64,000 nt of DNA. Source: Octopus vulgaris (lineage: Eukaryota). The notes beneath the pieces were generated by a model that was not told the DNA's origin, did no database searches, and saw only the letters and a list, made by a program, of their open reading frames with translations. Position 1 is the first letter of the stretch. Each line of letters opens with the position of its first letter. Location of the stretch: NCBI GenBank assembly GCA_951406725.2, contig OX597821.1:67766001-67830000 (forward strand). The letters run 5' to 3'. Position numbers and translations under genes: made by a program. Positions 1 through 13,834 of the stretch are shown here, piece by piece.

Positions 1-1200
1 GAAACAGGAGACACCGCACCTATGATCCAGAAGTTAGTGCATGCTTGTTGATGACTTTGTGTCATTCAAGGGCATGTTTGTTGGTGCCTTTATGCCATGC
101 GGGAAACCACTTCTGTGTGCGTTCTAGACTGTTTGTGCACAGCAGTAGCTGTCTCAGACGTGAGAGTTCAATTGTGGGCACCAAATGAGGTTTCAGAGAA
201 TCAAAAATTATTGAGAAGGGAAATAGCTTCTGACCCCGAAAAGATGCGACAGTTCTTAAGAAGCTGTCATAGTTAAGCTAAGGAGTACTTTGGTCAGGGT
301 AGATCCCCAGTGATATTAACAGTTAGTACAATTATGAGGGCTCTTGATTAACTGGTGTGTGGCATGGCGTTGTCCTATTGATAGGAGTAACGTTTAAGTT
401 TTCCTGCTGTTGAAAGGGACAAGATTGACATATCCCCACCGGAAAATAATTTAGCGCTCTCTGTTCATTAGAGATAGTGCGGCTGAAAGGAATGATGACT
501 AGGTTGAAAGGGGCAATGCATGGATGGGTAACATTAATGGGGAAAATGAAGGACGCTGTCATCTTTATGAGAGTGAGTGTTGTTGGACAGAGTAAGCTGT
601 TTATGTATGGAAGAAAGTTGGAGCAAAACCGAATCCCGAGACACGCCACAATATGGAACAGAAAGATCACGCGCAGCAATAGTGCAACCTGACCGAAAGC
701 TACCAACCCAAGAGATGAGCGACGATAGTGCCTATTGGCAAGCAGTTTCGATAGAAAATTTGTATGACAGACATGAATGAAAGCTTTGCTGAAACCGAGA
801 ATATTGCTTTCACCAACTTCTCCACAGGAAGCATGAGCCAACTATTCCATATTCTAGCGTGTGTCAGGATTCGGTTTTGTCCTGACTTTCTTCTATAAAT
901 CAATGGTTTACTCCCTCCAGCAACACTTACCAGCGAGTATAGCTTTCTGGAAACCATATTTAAAGAGTCAGAGGAAATGGTCGTTAATGGTTGTGTCAAT
1001 TATCTTCGAAATATTAGACGTGGTTGCGCTAAGGTGGTAATTGGAAGGTTTAGAGTGGTAATAGCATGTTTCCAAAGATCAGGGTAAATCTATTTAGAGG
1101 GGAAAATACTGAATCGTTTGTAGATTTTAGGTGCTAGATTTGACACATAATGTTTGAGGGTACTGGAAGTGATTCTGTCAGCATCTGTGGCATAGCTGGC
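1..1200 (-). pseudogene. Degraded non-LTR retrotransposon reverse transcriptase region (Jockey/CR1 group), frameshifted
   Basis: Minus-strand fragments occur in LINE RT order: YPDLWKHAI, NYHLSATTSNISKIIDT, KYGFQK, GFSKAFIHVCHTNFLSKL (cf. DFSKAFDRVWH), GVSRDSVL (cf. GVPQGSVL), YINSLL, KDDS (cf. ADD). Confidence 0.7.
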
Positions 1201-1344
1201 TTCAACTGACCTAAAGATGCTTAAGCACTTGACCTGTGTTTATGCAGAGTATTCGAGTATTTCATTGATTAATTTTAAATGGTTAAATCATAGTGACATT
1301 TTCAAGTAACCTTCATGTGAACCAATAAAGGGAAAAAATCCCTA

Positions 1345-1475
1345 CATAGCCGCGCATCATGCTAGAAACAGCAGCCGAATTTCTTTCAAATATCATATCT
1401 CATATAAAAAGAAGTAGTTCATTTCATTGGAGGACTGCTTGGGCAGGTGATGGCGTTGGGCTAAACAACAACAAA
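1345..1475 (+). repeat. Old dispersed repeat family E (SINE-like), partial copy
   Basis: Motif tgctagaaacagcagccgaatttctttcaaat...gggctaaacaacaacaa recurs degenerately at ~7500, 17290, 19420, 45440-45700 and 56950. Confidence 0.45.
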
Positions 1476-2403
1476 CCTCACATAAAAGAACTGAATATTA
1501 TAGCAGTTGAGATTTTTATCTCTAAAAACCCGTTCAATACAGCCGCTATCTAAAGCGGGGGTACATTAACTAATGTAATCTTGAAAAAGAGAAAAGTTGG
1601 TCATGGAGTCTCATCCTCTCATGTAGAACCATAATCAATATGAAGGCCATTGCAAGCTAAAGCCTTTTTCCGCATGATGGAAAATTTTGTCCATTTTCTA
1701 AAGAAATCGCTACTAGTTACTATTGAAACATTTAAAAAGTCAAATGTCAGTTTACCTGGAAAGAAAACATGCAGTTATTAAGAAGTGTTGAAATTAACGC
1801 TTGCAAGACCTCCCAGTTCCAGCTTTACTCCTTGATACTCAGCCTATGTACATTTTCAACCGGACTTTGTAAAAATGTTGCATCACATATCCGCTCGACT
1901 AGAGTCGATTTGGAACAACCTCAAAAAGTCAGAAATAATATCTATAATGCCTTTGTCTCAAAATTAGTCAGAAGAGTAGGAGCAGTACCCGTGACAATTG
2001 CAGCAAAATTCATTATATAATGTATTTAATTGTGCATGATACTCTCGTATAAAATGCTCCCTCGTGCATTATACATTTTCAAGAGAAGTTGCAACTAGTT
2101 ACTTTTGAAATCTTCTTTGAACAGTAAGATGTTAGTTTACCTGAAAAGGATTCAGTTATTGATAAGATGCGGTGAAGTTAATGTATGCGAGATTTCACAG
2201 CTCTAGCATCACTCCTTGATAATCAGCTTATTCTTAGGTTTTTCAGCCCAACCTCGTAGAAGTGTTAAATCGACGAGAGATGATTTGGACCGAAACAACA
2301 AAAAAGCAACAAGTAATATTTTTAATGATTTTGTTTTAGTTATTAATCGGGAAATTAGGAGCAGCACTCGTAACAATTGCAGCAAAATTAATGATATAAG
2401 GTA

Positions 2404-2978
2404 TTGGGTTGTCCGGAAAGTTCGTGCTGATTTATAGCATCTTACCTTTCGATTTATTTTAGAACATCTTTGAGTTCATAAAATAGGATTTGACTACACC
2501 TCCATTTAGAGCAGAGTTTAAGCTATCTTTTCATGGAAGAAGGTTTATGTTCCTATAACCTGTGTTAATTTTGTAACCCTTTAAAATGGAAGATAAGAAA
2601 GTTCATTTTCGGCACTTGATGCTTTTCTTTTTCCGTAAAAGGAATAATGCCTCACAAGCAATCAAAGAAATGTGCGCAGTTTACGGTGTTGTTTCTTTAT
2701 CCGAAAGAACTGTACGGAAGTGGTTCGCAAGGTTCCGAGCTAGAGATTGTAGCCTAATAGATAAAGAACGATCGGGCAGACCATCCACTACAGATGATGA
2801 CCAAAACCAAGTCATTAATTCAGAATAACCCACATTGCACAACCCGAGGATTGGCAGAAAGCCTCAACCTATCAAAATCCGTCGTTCATGAGCACCTGGT
2901 AAAGCTTTGGTAATGGCAAGTATTCATTGACGTTTTTCTTTCCTTTAAAAATCGGCAAGAACTTTCCGGACTACCAAA
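2404..2978 (+). mobile_element. Internally deleted (non-autonomous) mariner transposon, 575 bp
   Basis: ~30-bp TIRs (ttgggttgtccggaaagttcgtgctgattt / aaatcggcaagaactttccggactaccaaa), TA on both sides (2402-2403, 2979-2980), and a transposase N-terminus inside. Confidence 0.93.
2586..2910 (+). pseudogene. Mariner transposase N-terminal HTH DNA-binding region; catalytic domain deleted
   Basis: MEDKKVHFRHLMLFFFRK..ASQAIKEMCAVYG..SERTVRKWFARFR...RSGRP, continuing after a frameshift as ..NNPHCTTRGLAESLNLSKSVVHEHL. Confidence 0.9.
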
Positions 2979-3151
2979 TATTTAACCGTGCATAATGCTC
3001 TCGTATAAAATGTTTCCTCGTTCAATATTTAAACACTGTGTATAATACAAGTTTGTTGGTTGAACGTAATGGTTCTTATTTTTAAGTTAAAACAATTAAA
3101 CGGTGTCCATATGTAAATATGCAGCTTCGTGTTTCCAACATATAAGAAATG

Positions 3152-3710
3152 CGAAAGCGCGTTAGTGGTTAAGTTGTTAGTTTCGTGATTGTATCTTGAT
3201 TCTATTTCTTTGTATCTTGATTCTATTTCTTTACTACCCACAAGGGGCTAAACACAGGGGACAAACAGGGACAGACAAACGGATTAAGTCGATTATATCG
3301 ACCCCAATGCGTAACTGGTTCTTATTTAATCGACCCCGAAAGGATGAAAGGCAAAGTCGACCTCGGCGGAATTTGAACTCAGAACGTAACGGCAAACGAA
3401 ATACGGCTACGCATTTCGCCCGGCGTGCTAACGTTTCTGCCAGCTCGCCGCCTTGTTACTTTGTATCTTGATTCTTGGACCCCGAGTGTCGAATTGTTTC
3501 CTTGAGCAAAGCACACCATTTCACTTTGCTTCAGTTCACTCAAAACTGGAAATTAGTACTTGTAGCAGCTGGAATTAACCTTGCATCGGACTTGTGTGTC
3601 GTTCAAAATTAGTCGGAGACTAGTATTCTCGTCTACTTAAAAATGACGAGAACCGAAAGAAGCTGCTGTCTAATAAGCCCCTGTAGGCTTCAGACAAACT
3701 TTCACTTTCA
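3152..3710 (+). mobile_element. Old tRNA-headed SINE family D, interrupted by a SINE-A insertion
   Basis: A-box-like gttagtggttaag; body ccttgagcaaagcac...ttgcttcagttcactca is similar to the minus-strand copy at ~35020-35223. Confidence 0.55.
3224..3452 (-). mobile_element. SINE family A, full length with young tail
   Basis: Head ggcggcgagctggcagaaacgttag (A-box), B-box gagttcaaattcc, tail ...gggtagtaaagaaata; TSD ttgtatcttgattc (3210-3223 / 3461-3474). Confidence 0.92.
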
Positions 3711-3849
3711 CTTATAACAATAAGAACGAGCAGAACCATTTTGTTTATCAACTTATGAATTTTTACTATTTTATTGAATGTTTTATTTTATTCTAGTCAC
3801 TATCATTGCATTATCCACTATCACATTGCTATGAAGATACTCTCTTTCT

Positions 3850-4333
<484 letters not shown>

Positions 4334-4892
4334 ACGTCTAATATTTTAAACTTTTCTCCGGTTGTTTAATCAAATTTGACCTCGGTATGGGTGAGTGTGC
4401 AAAGAACAACAACACATCTAGTGTCATAATAACTTTAAATGCAATTGCTTTTTACACCTGAGGCTTCAATATATCCTATGATGAAAATTGTCAATTATTA
4501 CGAAAGTAAAGAAACGTTCTAGTTTGTTTTATTGCTTTCAGCCACTTGTCTTGAATCTGTGTTATATAAGTGAAATTTCCTAGATGGATATGTTAAGTGT
4601 ACCAGGTATTATGAAATATGGAGGGTAAACTGGATGTATTGAGCGATAAGTTACTTACTCGGTGTAGAGAACGCAAATGTTTTTGGAAATTGGGTACCAT
4701 AAACGGGTCAGAGGGGATCATGTTTTTAAAAGGTACGAGATGAAGAATGGAGGTGGGGAAAGCGGAGCAGGATAAGGAAGAGAAAATGAGAGGAATATGG
4801 TGAGAAAATTAGAAGAGGAGTAAAGAGAAAGTTGCAGTGGAAAAGAATGTAAAAAAAGATGACTATGATGACGCAAAATCGTGAAGCTTATG

Positions 4893-4893
4893 T

Positions 4894-4967
<74 letters not shown>

Positions 4968-5093
4968 TTGATGATGATGATGATGGCCAAGATAATAGTG
5001 ACGATCATGATGACGACGATGATGATGATACCGACACCGATGTAGATGAAGATGATGGCGATGACGACGACGATGATGATGATGATGATGTTG

Positions 5094-5135
<42 letters not shown>

Positions 5136-5249
5136 GCCAATGATAATAGTAACGATCACGATGACGACGATGATGATGATACCGACACCGACGTAGATGA
5201 AGATGATGGCGATGACGACGACGACGATGATGATGATGATGATGTCGAA

Positions 5250-5282
<33 letters not shown>
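4893..5282. repeat. (GAT)n compound microsatellite containing a ~150-bp higher-order duplication
   Basis: Block gatggccaa..gataatagt..gataccgacaccga..gaagatgatggcgatgac appears twice (~4982 and ~5132). Confidence 0.92.
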
Positions 5283-5283
<1 letters not shown>

Positions 5284-5994
5284 CCCAAAAGAACTTGGAA
5301 ATACTTTTAGAATTACATTTACATTTCATCCGCCCCACCCCCCTTCACTCTATTCATGGCAGATTTTGAAAGATTTTAACGAGACACATTTGTCATCATT
5401 CAACGATGCTCAATCTTAAACATCGAAGCAAATAACTCACTCTCCCACCACTCTCTCTCTCTCTGTCTCTCTCTCTCCTGCTGCTGCTTCGCTTTCCCCC
5501 TCTCTCTCTCCCTCTCCCTCTCACTCACTCCTTCCTTTTTCTTCTCTCCTGTTTTCTTTACTCCCACTCTTACCCAGCCCATCACTTACCCTCCCGTCAC
5601 TCCGCCTTCCATATATTTCCTATAATTGTTACCAAACACACTTTTTACTCTAACTAACAGTAATCAATTATTTTCCCGCACACTTCTGCCTATTAAAATG
5701 ATAAATGAACTTATTTCTAATTGTTCTACTTCGTTTTTGCTGCTGCTACTGCTGCTGTTATTGTTGGTGTTGTTGTTGTTATTGGTGATGTTGTTGTTCT
5801 TGTTGTGCCTGTTGTTAATACGTTGGCAGTAGCGGCGGCAGTGGCGGTCGGCACCGTTGTATTGGCTCTAGCACTATTGCTGTTGTTCTTTTTATACATA
5901 TAGCGATGGTGGTGGTCGTGGTGATGATGGTACAGGTGGGTGTTCATATGCATGTAATTATTGTGGTACTATTTGTTATTGTTGTTGTTGTTGC

Positions 5995-6047
<53 letters not shown>

Positions 6048-6139
6048 TTGGTGGTGGTGAAGATGGTGGTGATAGCGTTGTTGATCTGACTGGAATGTCA
6101 GGGGTGGCTGTCGTTCAGATGTTCTGAAGCTTACCGTTA

Positions 6140-6310
6140 AGGCGATGAAATGGCCAAAAAGAAATAATAAAAAATAAAAAAGGAAAAAATCTTTGACGCA
6201 TCGGATAAAATGGCTTCCGACTTTCATTCCAACTCTCTTCTCTTTGAGTTCAAATCACGCTGGAGTCAACTTTGTCTTTCACATTTTTCAGGGTCCGTAA
6301 ATCCATGAAT
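6140..6310 (+). mobile_element. Degraded old SINE-A copy
   Basis: ggcgatgaaatggcc...gagttcaaatcacgctggagtcaactttgtctttcac. Confidence 0.6.
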
Positions 6311-6577
6311 ACAGAGAGTAACAATCTGGTACTGAGGAAGAATTACGTATTTCTTACTCTCTCTCTTTCTTTCTCTCTCTCTCTCTCTCTCTCTCGCTTT
6401 TTCTCTCTCTCTTTCACACACACACACACTCACACACACACTCACACTCTCTCTCTCTCTCGTTTTTTGTCTTTATCTTTATAATTTTCCCTCCATCTTT
6501 TCAGTACATGTGATTCAAATGCTCAACCTCGTAATATCTGTTTTTTTCTGATTCGGCTGGAAACGCAAAATTTATTA

Positions 6578-6749
6578 GCAAAGGCGTGGCTGTGTGGTTA
6601 AGAAGTCCACTTTGTAACCACCTGGTTTCAGGTTCAGTCCCACTATGTTGCACTTTGGACAAGTGCCTTCCACTAGAGCTCGGAGCCGACCAATATCTTG
6701 TGAGTGAATTTGGTAAACAAAACCGTGCTGAAGTCCATCGTATACACGC

Positions 6750-6788
<39 letters not shown>

Positions 6789-6905
6789 CCTTTTTTGTTT
6801 GTTACACCTCACTGCTTGACAACCAGTATTGGTTGGTTTACGTCAGTGAAATCTGACGGGTCGGCAAAAGATACCGATCGAATAAGTACCTTTACCAGAA
6901 TTTAA
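6578..6905 (+). mobile_element. SINE family B copy, tail incomplete
   Basis: ggcgtggctgtgtggttaagaag...ggttcagtcccact...gacaagtgccttc, internal (TA)(TG) tract. Confidence 0.85.
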
Positions 6906-7037
6906 AAGAAGATGAACGATATCTGTAGAATAATTATTCAGTCACCTGCACACATATTTCATATGGTTCTCTCTAAGTACACACCCTGGTCATCGGCGGG
7001 GAACCCGCTAGCAATTTTGTTATTTTTCTTGCTGTTG

Positions 7038-7196
7038 TCAGTTCTTATTGAGGGTTGATGTGGAGTCAGCCCTCATTAATGGTTGACGTCGAATCAGCCC
7101 TCATTGACGGTTGGCATCGAATCAGCTTTCATTGAGGGTTGATGTTGAGTCAGCTCTTATTGACGATTAACATAGAGTCAACCCTTATTGAGTTGA
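7038..7196. repeat. 28-bp minisatellite (~5.7 units) with a palindromic unit
   Basis: Units start at 7038, 7066, 7094, 7122, 7150 and 7178; consensus TCAGCCCTCA-T-TGAGGGTTGA plus 7 nt. Confidence 0.92.
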
Positions 7197-7494
7197 ACAT
7201 GAATAAAATATGTTCTATTCACAGACATACCTTCTTTTTTATTGGTCCATGTTCATATGACCCCAAATTCCTTTTTTATTATTCAAACTGCAAATATGGC
7301 TGGTAGGGGATCTAACTTTTAAGTACGTTGCGTGACTACATAAAAGTTCCCATGCGTGTATGTGCCGATGGTTTCTGTTGAAGGAAATGATATTTTGCTA
7401 TTAGAGCTTTCGTGCTACTGTTCTTAGTAATGGTGATCGTCAGGCTATTAATTATACTGTCGCTTCGTATTACGGCCAAGGAAACCAAAAAATA

Positions 7495-7670
7495 AAAGCC
7501 ATTCCAACCGTGAACATCTCATCTATTTTTCCTTGTTTTCAGACAGGGTATCAGGGACCATATTATCCAGTGTGGTCTTTTCGCTTAAAACATTAAGTTG
7601 CCAAAGCAGAAATCTGCATCTATTTCTAGCATCTCAAGCGACCACATAACGGCGCTCTTTCATTAATGTT
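7495..7670 (-). repeat. Repeat family E copy
   Basis: gccattccaaccgtgaacatc...tatttctagcatctcaagcgaccacata is the reverse complement of family E motifs. Confidence 0.45.
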
Positions 7671-8583
7671 GCTGTTGGGCACTGTGACAGATTGTAGTTG
7701 TGTTAGTTCGTTTAGTGTTGCTGCTGATGAAGGTCTTGATAATGTTGTTGTTATGCAATCTCGGAAAGGCTGAAAAGTTATTCCACCCATGAACATTACA
7801 ACTTCTATTCACATATTGTTATAATTAATCGTACGAAATGTAACCCTAGCCAAGTGGACAGTTAGTGCCTATGACATTTCACATATTATCCTGTACTGGC
7901 TGATAAAAAATAAAGAAGAAATTATCTTTACTCTTCGAAAATGGGCTCTGCCAAAGTAATCTACACGGTGGCATATAACGGAATGTCGGATTGAGCCTAC
8001 CTCACAAGTTGACTGTCTCGGAATCCGAATTATGAACTCAAAGAGGCGGAACTTATGTGGCAAGACCTTCTTATAGTTCACTCCATCCTCCGCTCTGGAC
8101 ATGATATTTTTTTTACTAACCTCAAAAGGAGAAAAGAAAAGCTGTTCTAGGTGCTATTTGTTCTTGAAGCGCAGATACTCGGAACGAAAAAGGTTTTAAA
8201 CCAGTATAAAATTTATGTATTTCAGCGCACTGAACGACTACATAAAAACTCAATGATTTTTTGTGAATCGAAATACTTAAAGTCTTATCATAGGAAGGAA
8301 GAGTACAAGAGTACATTATGCTCACGATCTAGTATTTTCTAAGAACTAAGAAAGTTTTGCATATATTGAAGGCCTCTCAGCTCCAAAAACAAAACAAATT
8401 TGTATAACCTGACAAAATTCATATTACAGATCAGTAGTGGCCTTGGTATTGCTACTCTTGATTAAGACAACATTATTTTCTTTCTATGTTCTTGTTGTCA
8501 TAGCTTCTGCTATCTTCATCATCATCATTATCATCATAATCATCATCATCATCATCATCATTATTATTATTATCATTATTTAA

Positions 8584-8975
8584 GGCGGCGAGCTGGCCGA
8601 AACGTTAGCACGCCGGGCGAAATACGTAGCCGTATTTCGTCTGCCGTTACGTTCTGAGTTCAAATTCCGCCAAGGTCGACTTTGCCTTTCATCCTTTCGG
8701 GGTCGATAGATTCAGTACCAGTTACGCACTGGGATCGATATAATCGACTTAATCCGTTTGTCTGTCCTTGTTTGTCCTCTCTTTGTTTAGCCCCTTGTGG
8801 GTAGTAAAGAAATAGGTATTTCGTCTGCCGTTACGTTTTGAGTTCAAATTCCGCCGAGGTCGACTTTGCCTTTTATCATTTCGGGGGCGATAAAATAAGC
8901 AGCAGTTGAACACTAGGGTCGGTGTAATCGACTCATCCTCACCTCCCCCAAGCTGCCCTTGCGGCAAAATTTTGA
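8584..8975 (+). mobile_element. SINE-A dimer: complete young unit (8584-8814) joined to a headless old-tail unit (8815-~8975)
   Basis: Junction aaagaaata|ggtatttcgtctgcc; the second unit carries a different, diverged tail. Confidence 0.9.
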
Positions 8976-9004
8976 GATAATAATGATAATTATCATTACT
9001 ATTA

Positions 9005-9387
9005 TTTTTCCCTCTGCACAGCTTCTAACACTGGAGGTGTACTACATTGTCAGCTGTTCACTACCAGTGAACTAAGGTAACACCTCTTATTTTTCGAGCA
9101 CCATCTGGAGTATTCGAGCGTTTCCAACCAGTGCTGTTGTCTGCAAGTGCTCCACGCTTATTGCAGCCCCTATTTGTTCCACCTACCTCTCGAGATTTTT
9201 GCTCACTGTTCCCAGGGCTCCGATAATTATTGGTAGTACTGTTACCTTTTTCATCGACAACAACTGCTTAACTTCCCAAGCTAACCTGTCATATCTCTCG
9301 ACTTTTCTTTCTTCCTTATCGCATACCTTGTTGTTAGCTGGGCATGCTATGTCTATGATCCAGCATAGTTTGTTTTGTTAATAGTTT
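9005..9387 (-). mobile_element. R4/Dong-type LINE 3' fragment (family a), restriction-like endonuclease C-terminus
   Basis: Minus strand: LCWIIDIACPANNKVCDKEERKVERYDRLAWEVKQL..LPIIIGALG..LQTTALVGNARIL; the 3' end runs into a degenerate (TAA)-like tract. Confidence 0.88.
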
Positions 9388-9447
9388 CTTGCAGGTGGGG
9401 GCCCAGTTAGAATTTTCTTCAGGTCGATTAGCCCATCCCACTCAAAT
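9388..9447 (-). mobile_element. Internal fragment of non-coding element N fused to an R4 fragment
   Basis: cttgcaggtgggggcccagttagaattttcttcaggtcga matches 26181-26240. Confidence 0.8.
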
Positions 9448-9481
9448 GTTGTTGTTGTTTTATTATCTTTGCAAAGCTTCT

Positions 9482-9868
9482 TCTTCTTGCACTCCGTCGG
9501 TTACGACGACGAGGGTTCCGGTTGATCCGATCAACGGAACAGCCTACTCGTGAAATTAACGTGTAAGTGGCTGAGCACTCCACAGACACGTGTACCCCTT
9601 AACGTAGTTCTCGGGGATATTCAGCGTGACAAAGAGAGTGACAAGGCCGGCCCTTTGAAATACAGGTACAACAAAAACAGGAAGTAAGAGTGAGAGAAAG
9701 TTGTGGTGAAAGAGTACAGCAGGGATCACCACCATCCCCTGCCGGAGCCTCGTGGAGCTTTAGGTGTTTTCGCTCAATAAACACTCACAACGCCCGGTAT
9801 GAGAATCGAAACCGCGATCCTACGACCGCGTGTCCGCTGCCCTAACCACTGGGCCATTGCGCCTCCAC
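9482..9868 (-). mobile_element. SINE family C, full length (tRNA head, (AAG)n tail)
   Basis: Head gtggaggcgcaatggcccagtggttagggcagcgg..ggtttcgattc; TSD gcaaagcttct at 9471-9481 and 9869-9879. Confidence 0.9.
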
Positions 9869-10758
9869 GCAAAGCTTCTAACGTTGGAGATGTAGTACGG
9901 TGTCAGCTGTTCACTACTAGTGAACTAAGGCAACACCTCTTATTTTTCGAGCACCATCCAGAGTATTCCAGCGGTTCCCAGCAGTGCTGTTTTCTGCAAG
10001 TGCTCTACTCTTATTGCACCCCCTATTTGTTCCATGTACTTCACTGTTCCAAAGGCTGCAACAATCATTGGTACTACTACCACCTTTTTCATCGACCACA
10101 ACTGCTTAACCTCCCAAGCTAACCTGCTATATCTATTGACTTTTCTTTCTTCTTTATCGCATACCTTGTTGTTAGCTGGGCACGCTATATCTATGATCCT
10201 GCGTCGTTTGCTTTCTTTCTCGGTTTCCTATTCTCTATCTCATGGTCGCATTAAATCATTAAATACCATAGGATCTTACATTATCATTTTCGATGATGTC
10301 TTCGGGTTTATGTTCGTACCACCTTTTTGCTCTGTCAAGTCTTTACTTTTTGCAAAGTGTCCAATGGACAATCCTTGCTATGCTGTCATGACGTCTCTTA
10401 TATTCTTTCTGGGCTAGTAGCGTACATTGGCTGGTAATATGCCATACGGTTTCACCATCTTTTCCACAAATTCAGCACTTATCACTTTCTTAATACTTGC
10501 TCTTGGGCAACACTGATTAGAGCCTCTGTTTCCGATTTTAAATCAATTTATATGAGCCATAGCCATATTTTTATCTTTTTTATCTTTTTTATCTTCACCG
10601 TCCCTATGAAATTGTCCATGCATTTCTGTATCCACTTATTTTCAGTTTTTTTCATTCTCAAGTGCTTCTACAGAGCTTTATCTTTGCAATCTTCCATCCT
10701 ACACAAGCCTGACCTTCTTACTTCCAATAATAGCGGTTCGGTGGCATTTTTATATACC

Positions 10759-10986
10759 TATTTCTTTATTACACACAAGGGGCTAAACACAGAGGGGACA
10801 AACAAGGACAGACATAGGTATTAAGTCGATTACATCGACCCCAGTGCGAAACTGGTACTTTATTTATCGACCCCGAAAGGATGAAAGGCAAAGTCGACCT
10901 CGGCGGAATTTGAACTCAGAACGTAACGACAGACGAAATACCGCTAAGCATTTCGCCTGGTGCGCTAACGTTTCTGCCAGCTCGCC
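10759..10986 (-). mobile_element. SINE-A copy inserted in the R4 LINE
   Basis: Perfect 15-bp TSD gcatttttatatacc (10744-10758 / 10987-11001). Confidence 0.93.
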
Positions 10987-11622
10987 GCATTTTTATATAC
11001 CATGCTATGTTGTTTTCATCAGTTCTAATGCTGTGATCGCATCCAATCAGTACCTTTTTTTTCTTGGTACATACAGTCTGTCTGTGTCACATTTTGGATG
11101 GAGTATCCCATATCCAATCAGCAATTTCCTTGTCCTTCTGTTTACTGTCCATTCGATTTCCCCTGCTTCATATCTAAGAAGTGAAACCGCCTAGATGTTG
11201 ATAGCTCCAATCATATTCCGTCCGTTTAATTTCGACTTAAGGATCAGTCTCAGTCTGCGCAAGTAATTCGCCTTAGGTTTTTCTCTCATTTCTTTCTCCG
11301 TCAATTTATCCATTTTCAATATCCCCCAAGTACTTATCGTCCGTCTCTTCTATCTGCTTAATAACCTCCGACGACGGCAGTCTTAGCAAATAGCTTTAGG
11401 TCATCCATAAACCACAAGTTGTTTTACTTTCACCCTGCCTAGCATGTACCCCACACGCATCTTTCTTAAAACGTTGGTTAGTGGCAGTATGCAGACAAGT
11501 TGGAGAGGCGACAGTGTCCCCTTGAAAGATTCCTCTTTTGATATTTACCCCTCCCAGCTTATCTCCCCATGCTGTGAGTTCAGTTCGCCACGTTGTCGTT
11601 GAGTTTTGTATTAACTTCAGGC

Positions 11623-13110
<1,488 letters not shown>

Positions 13111-13536
13111 CCTGAGAGAAATCCACTTCTATCCAACTTCACACGATACACGATTCGCAAATCTACAGATCTATCCTCTTCCCCGAATATTACTGGTTGC
13201 CTCAAAAAACCAATAAACCACCTGCTCTAATAATTTCCCTGCCATTGCTCTGAAACAACTTGTCCCAAATCTAGCCCACAAGCTCACCAAACTCTCCAAT
13301 CTCTCTCTCTTCCCATTTCTGTCTCTCTCCCCATCTGTCCTCTCTCTTTCTATCTCCCTACCTATTTCTATCTTATCTCTCCGTCAGCTTTGATCTATGT
13401 ATGAATTTTTGGAAATTCACTATAGTGCAGGGGCTCTAAACCGCTGTTTCTGCAGCTGCGTTCGGCCCTCAAGCATCTTTCCGGCGGATCTCGGCAGTCT
13501 TCCCTAAATAAATATAACAATTTTCTCCTTGGCTTA

Positions 13537-13764
13537 TACTCTTTTACTCTTTTACTTGTTTCAGTCATTTGACTGCGGCCATGCTGGAGCACCGCCTTTA
13601 GTTGAGTAAATCGACCCCAGGACTTATTCTTTGTAAGCCTAGTACTTATTCTATCGGTCACTTTTGCCGAACCGCTAAGTTACGGGAACGTAAACACACC
13701 ATCATCGGTTGTCAATCGATGTTGGGGGGAAAAACACAGACACACAAACACGCACACACACACA

Positions 13765-13834
<70 letters not shown>

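Larger units (their letters stand above)
1692..3025. repeat. Diverged ~380-bp tandem duplication (unit 1 ~1692-2073; unit 2 ~2074-2403 + 2981-3025, split by a mariner)
   Basis: Colinear shared blocks: actagttac, agtttacctg, actccttgata, aggagcag, acaattgcagcaaaatt, ctctcgtataaaatg. Confidence 0.85.
9455..11622 (-). mobile_element. Longer 5'-truncated R4/Dong-type LINE (family a), degraded RT to endonuclease, with two SINE insertions
   Basis: Minus-strand motifs VNIKRGIFQGD, HLWFMDDLKLF, KYLG, LHPKCDTDRLYV, CCHC knuckle region, IDIACP, VP.IVAA; 5' end abuts (TAA)n at 11623. Confidence 0.88.

Noticed and set aside
4718-5369. Poly-Asp / poly-His / poly-Ile ORFs
   Set aside because: Translations of (GAT)n, open in several frames, with no splice or domain context
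7038-7196. CRISPR array
   Set aside because: Spacers are only 7 nt and related to one another, there are no cas genes, and the context is eukaryotic
8120-8340. piggyBac-like Cys-rich C-terminus (KSCSRCY)
   Set aside because: A single CxxC with no other transposase motifs or TTAA/TIR evidence
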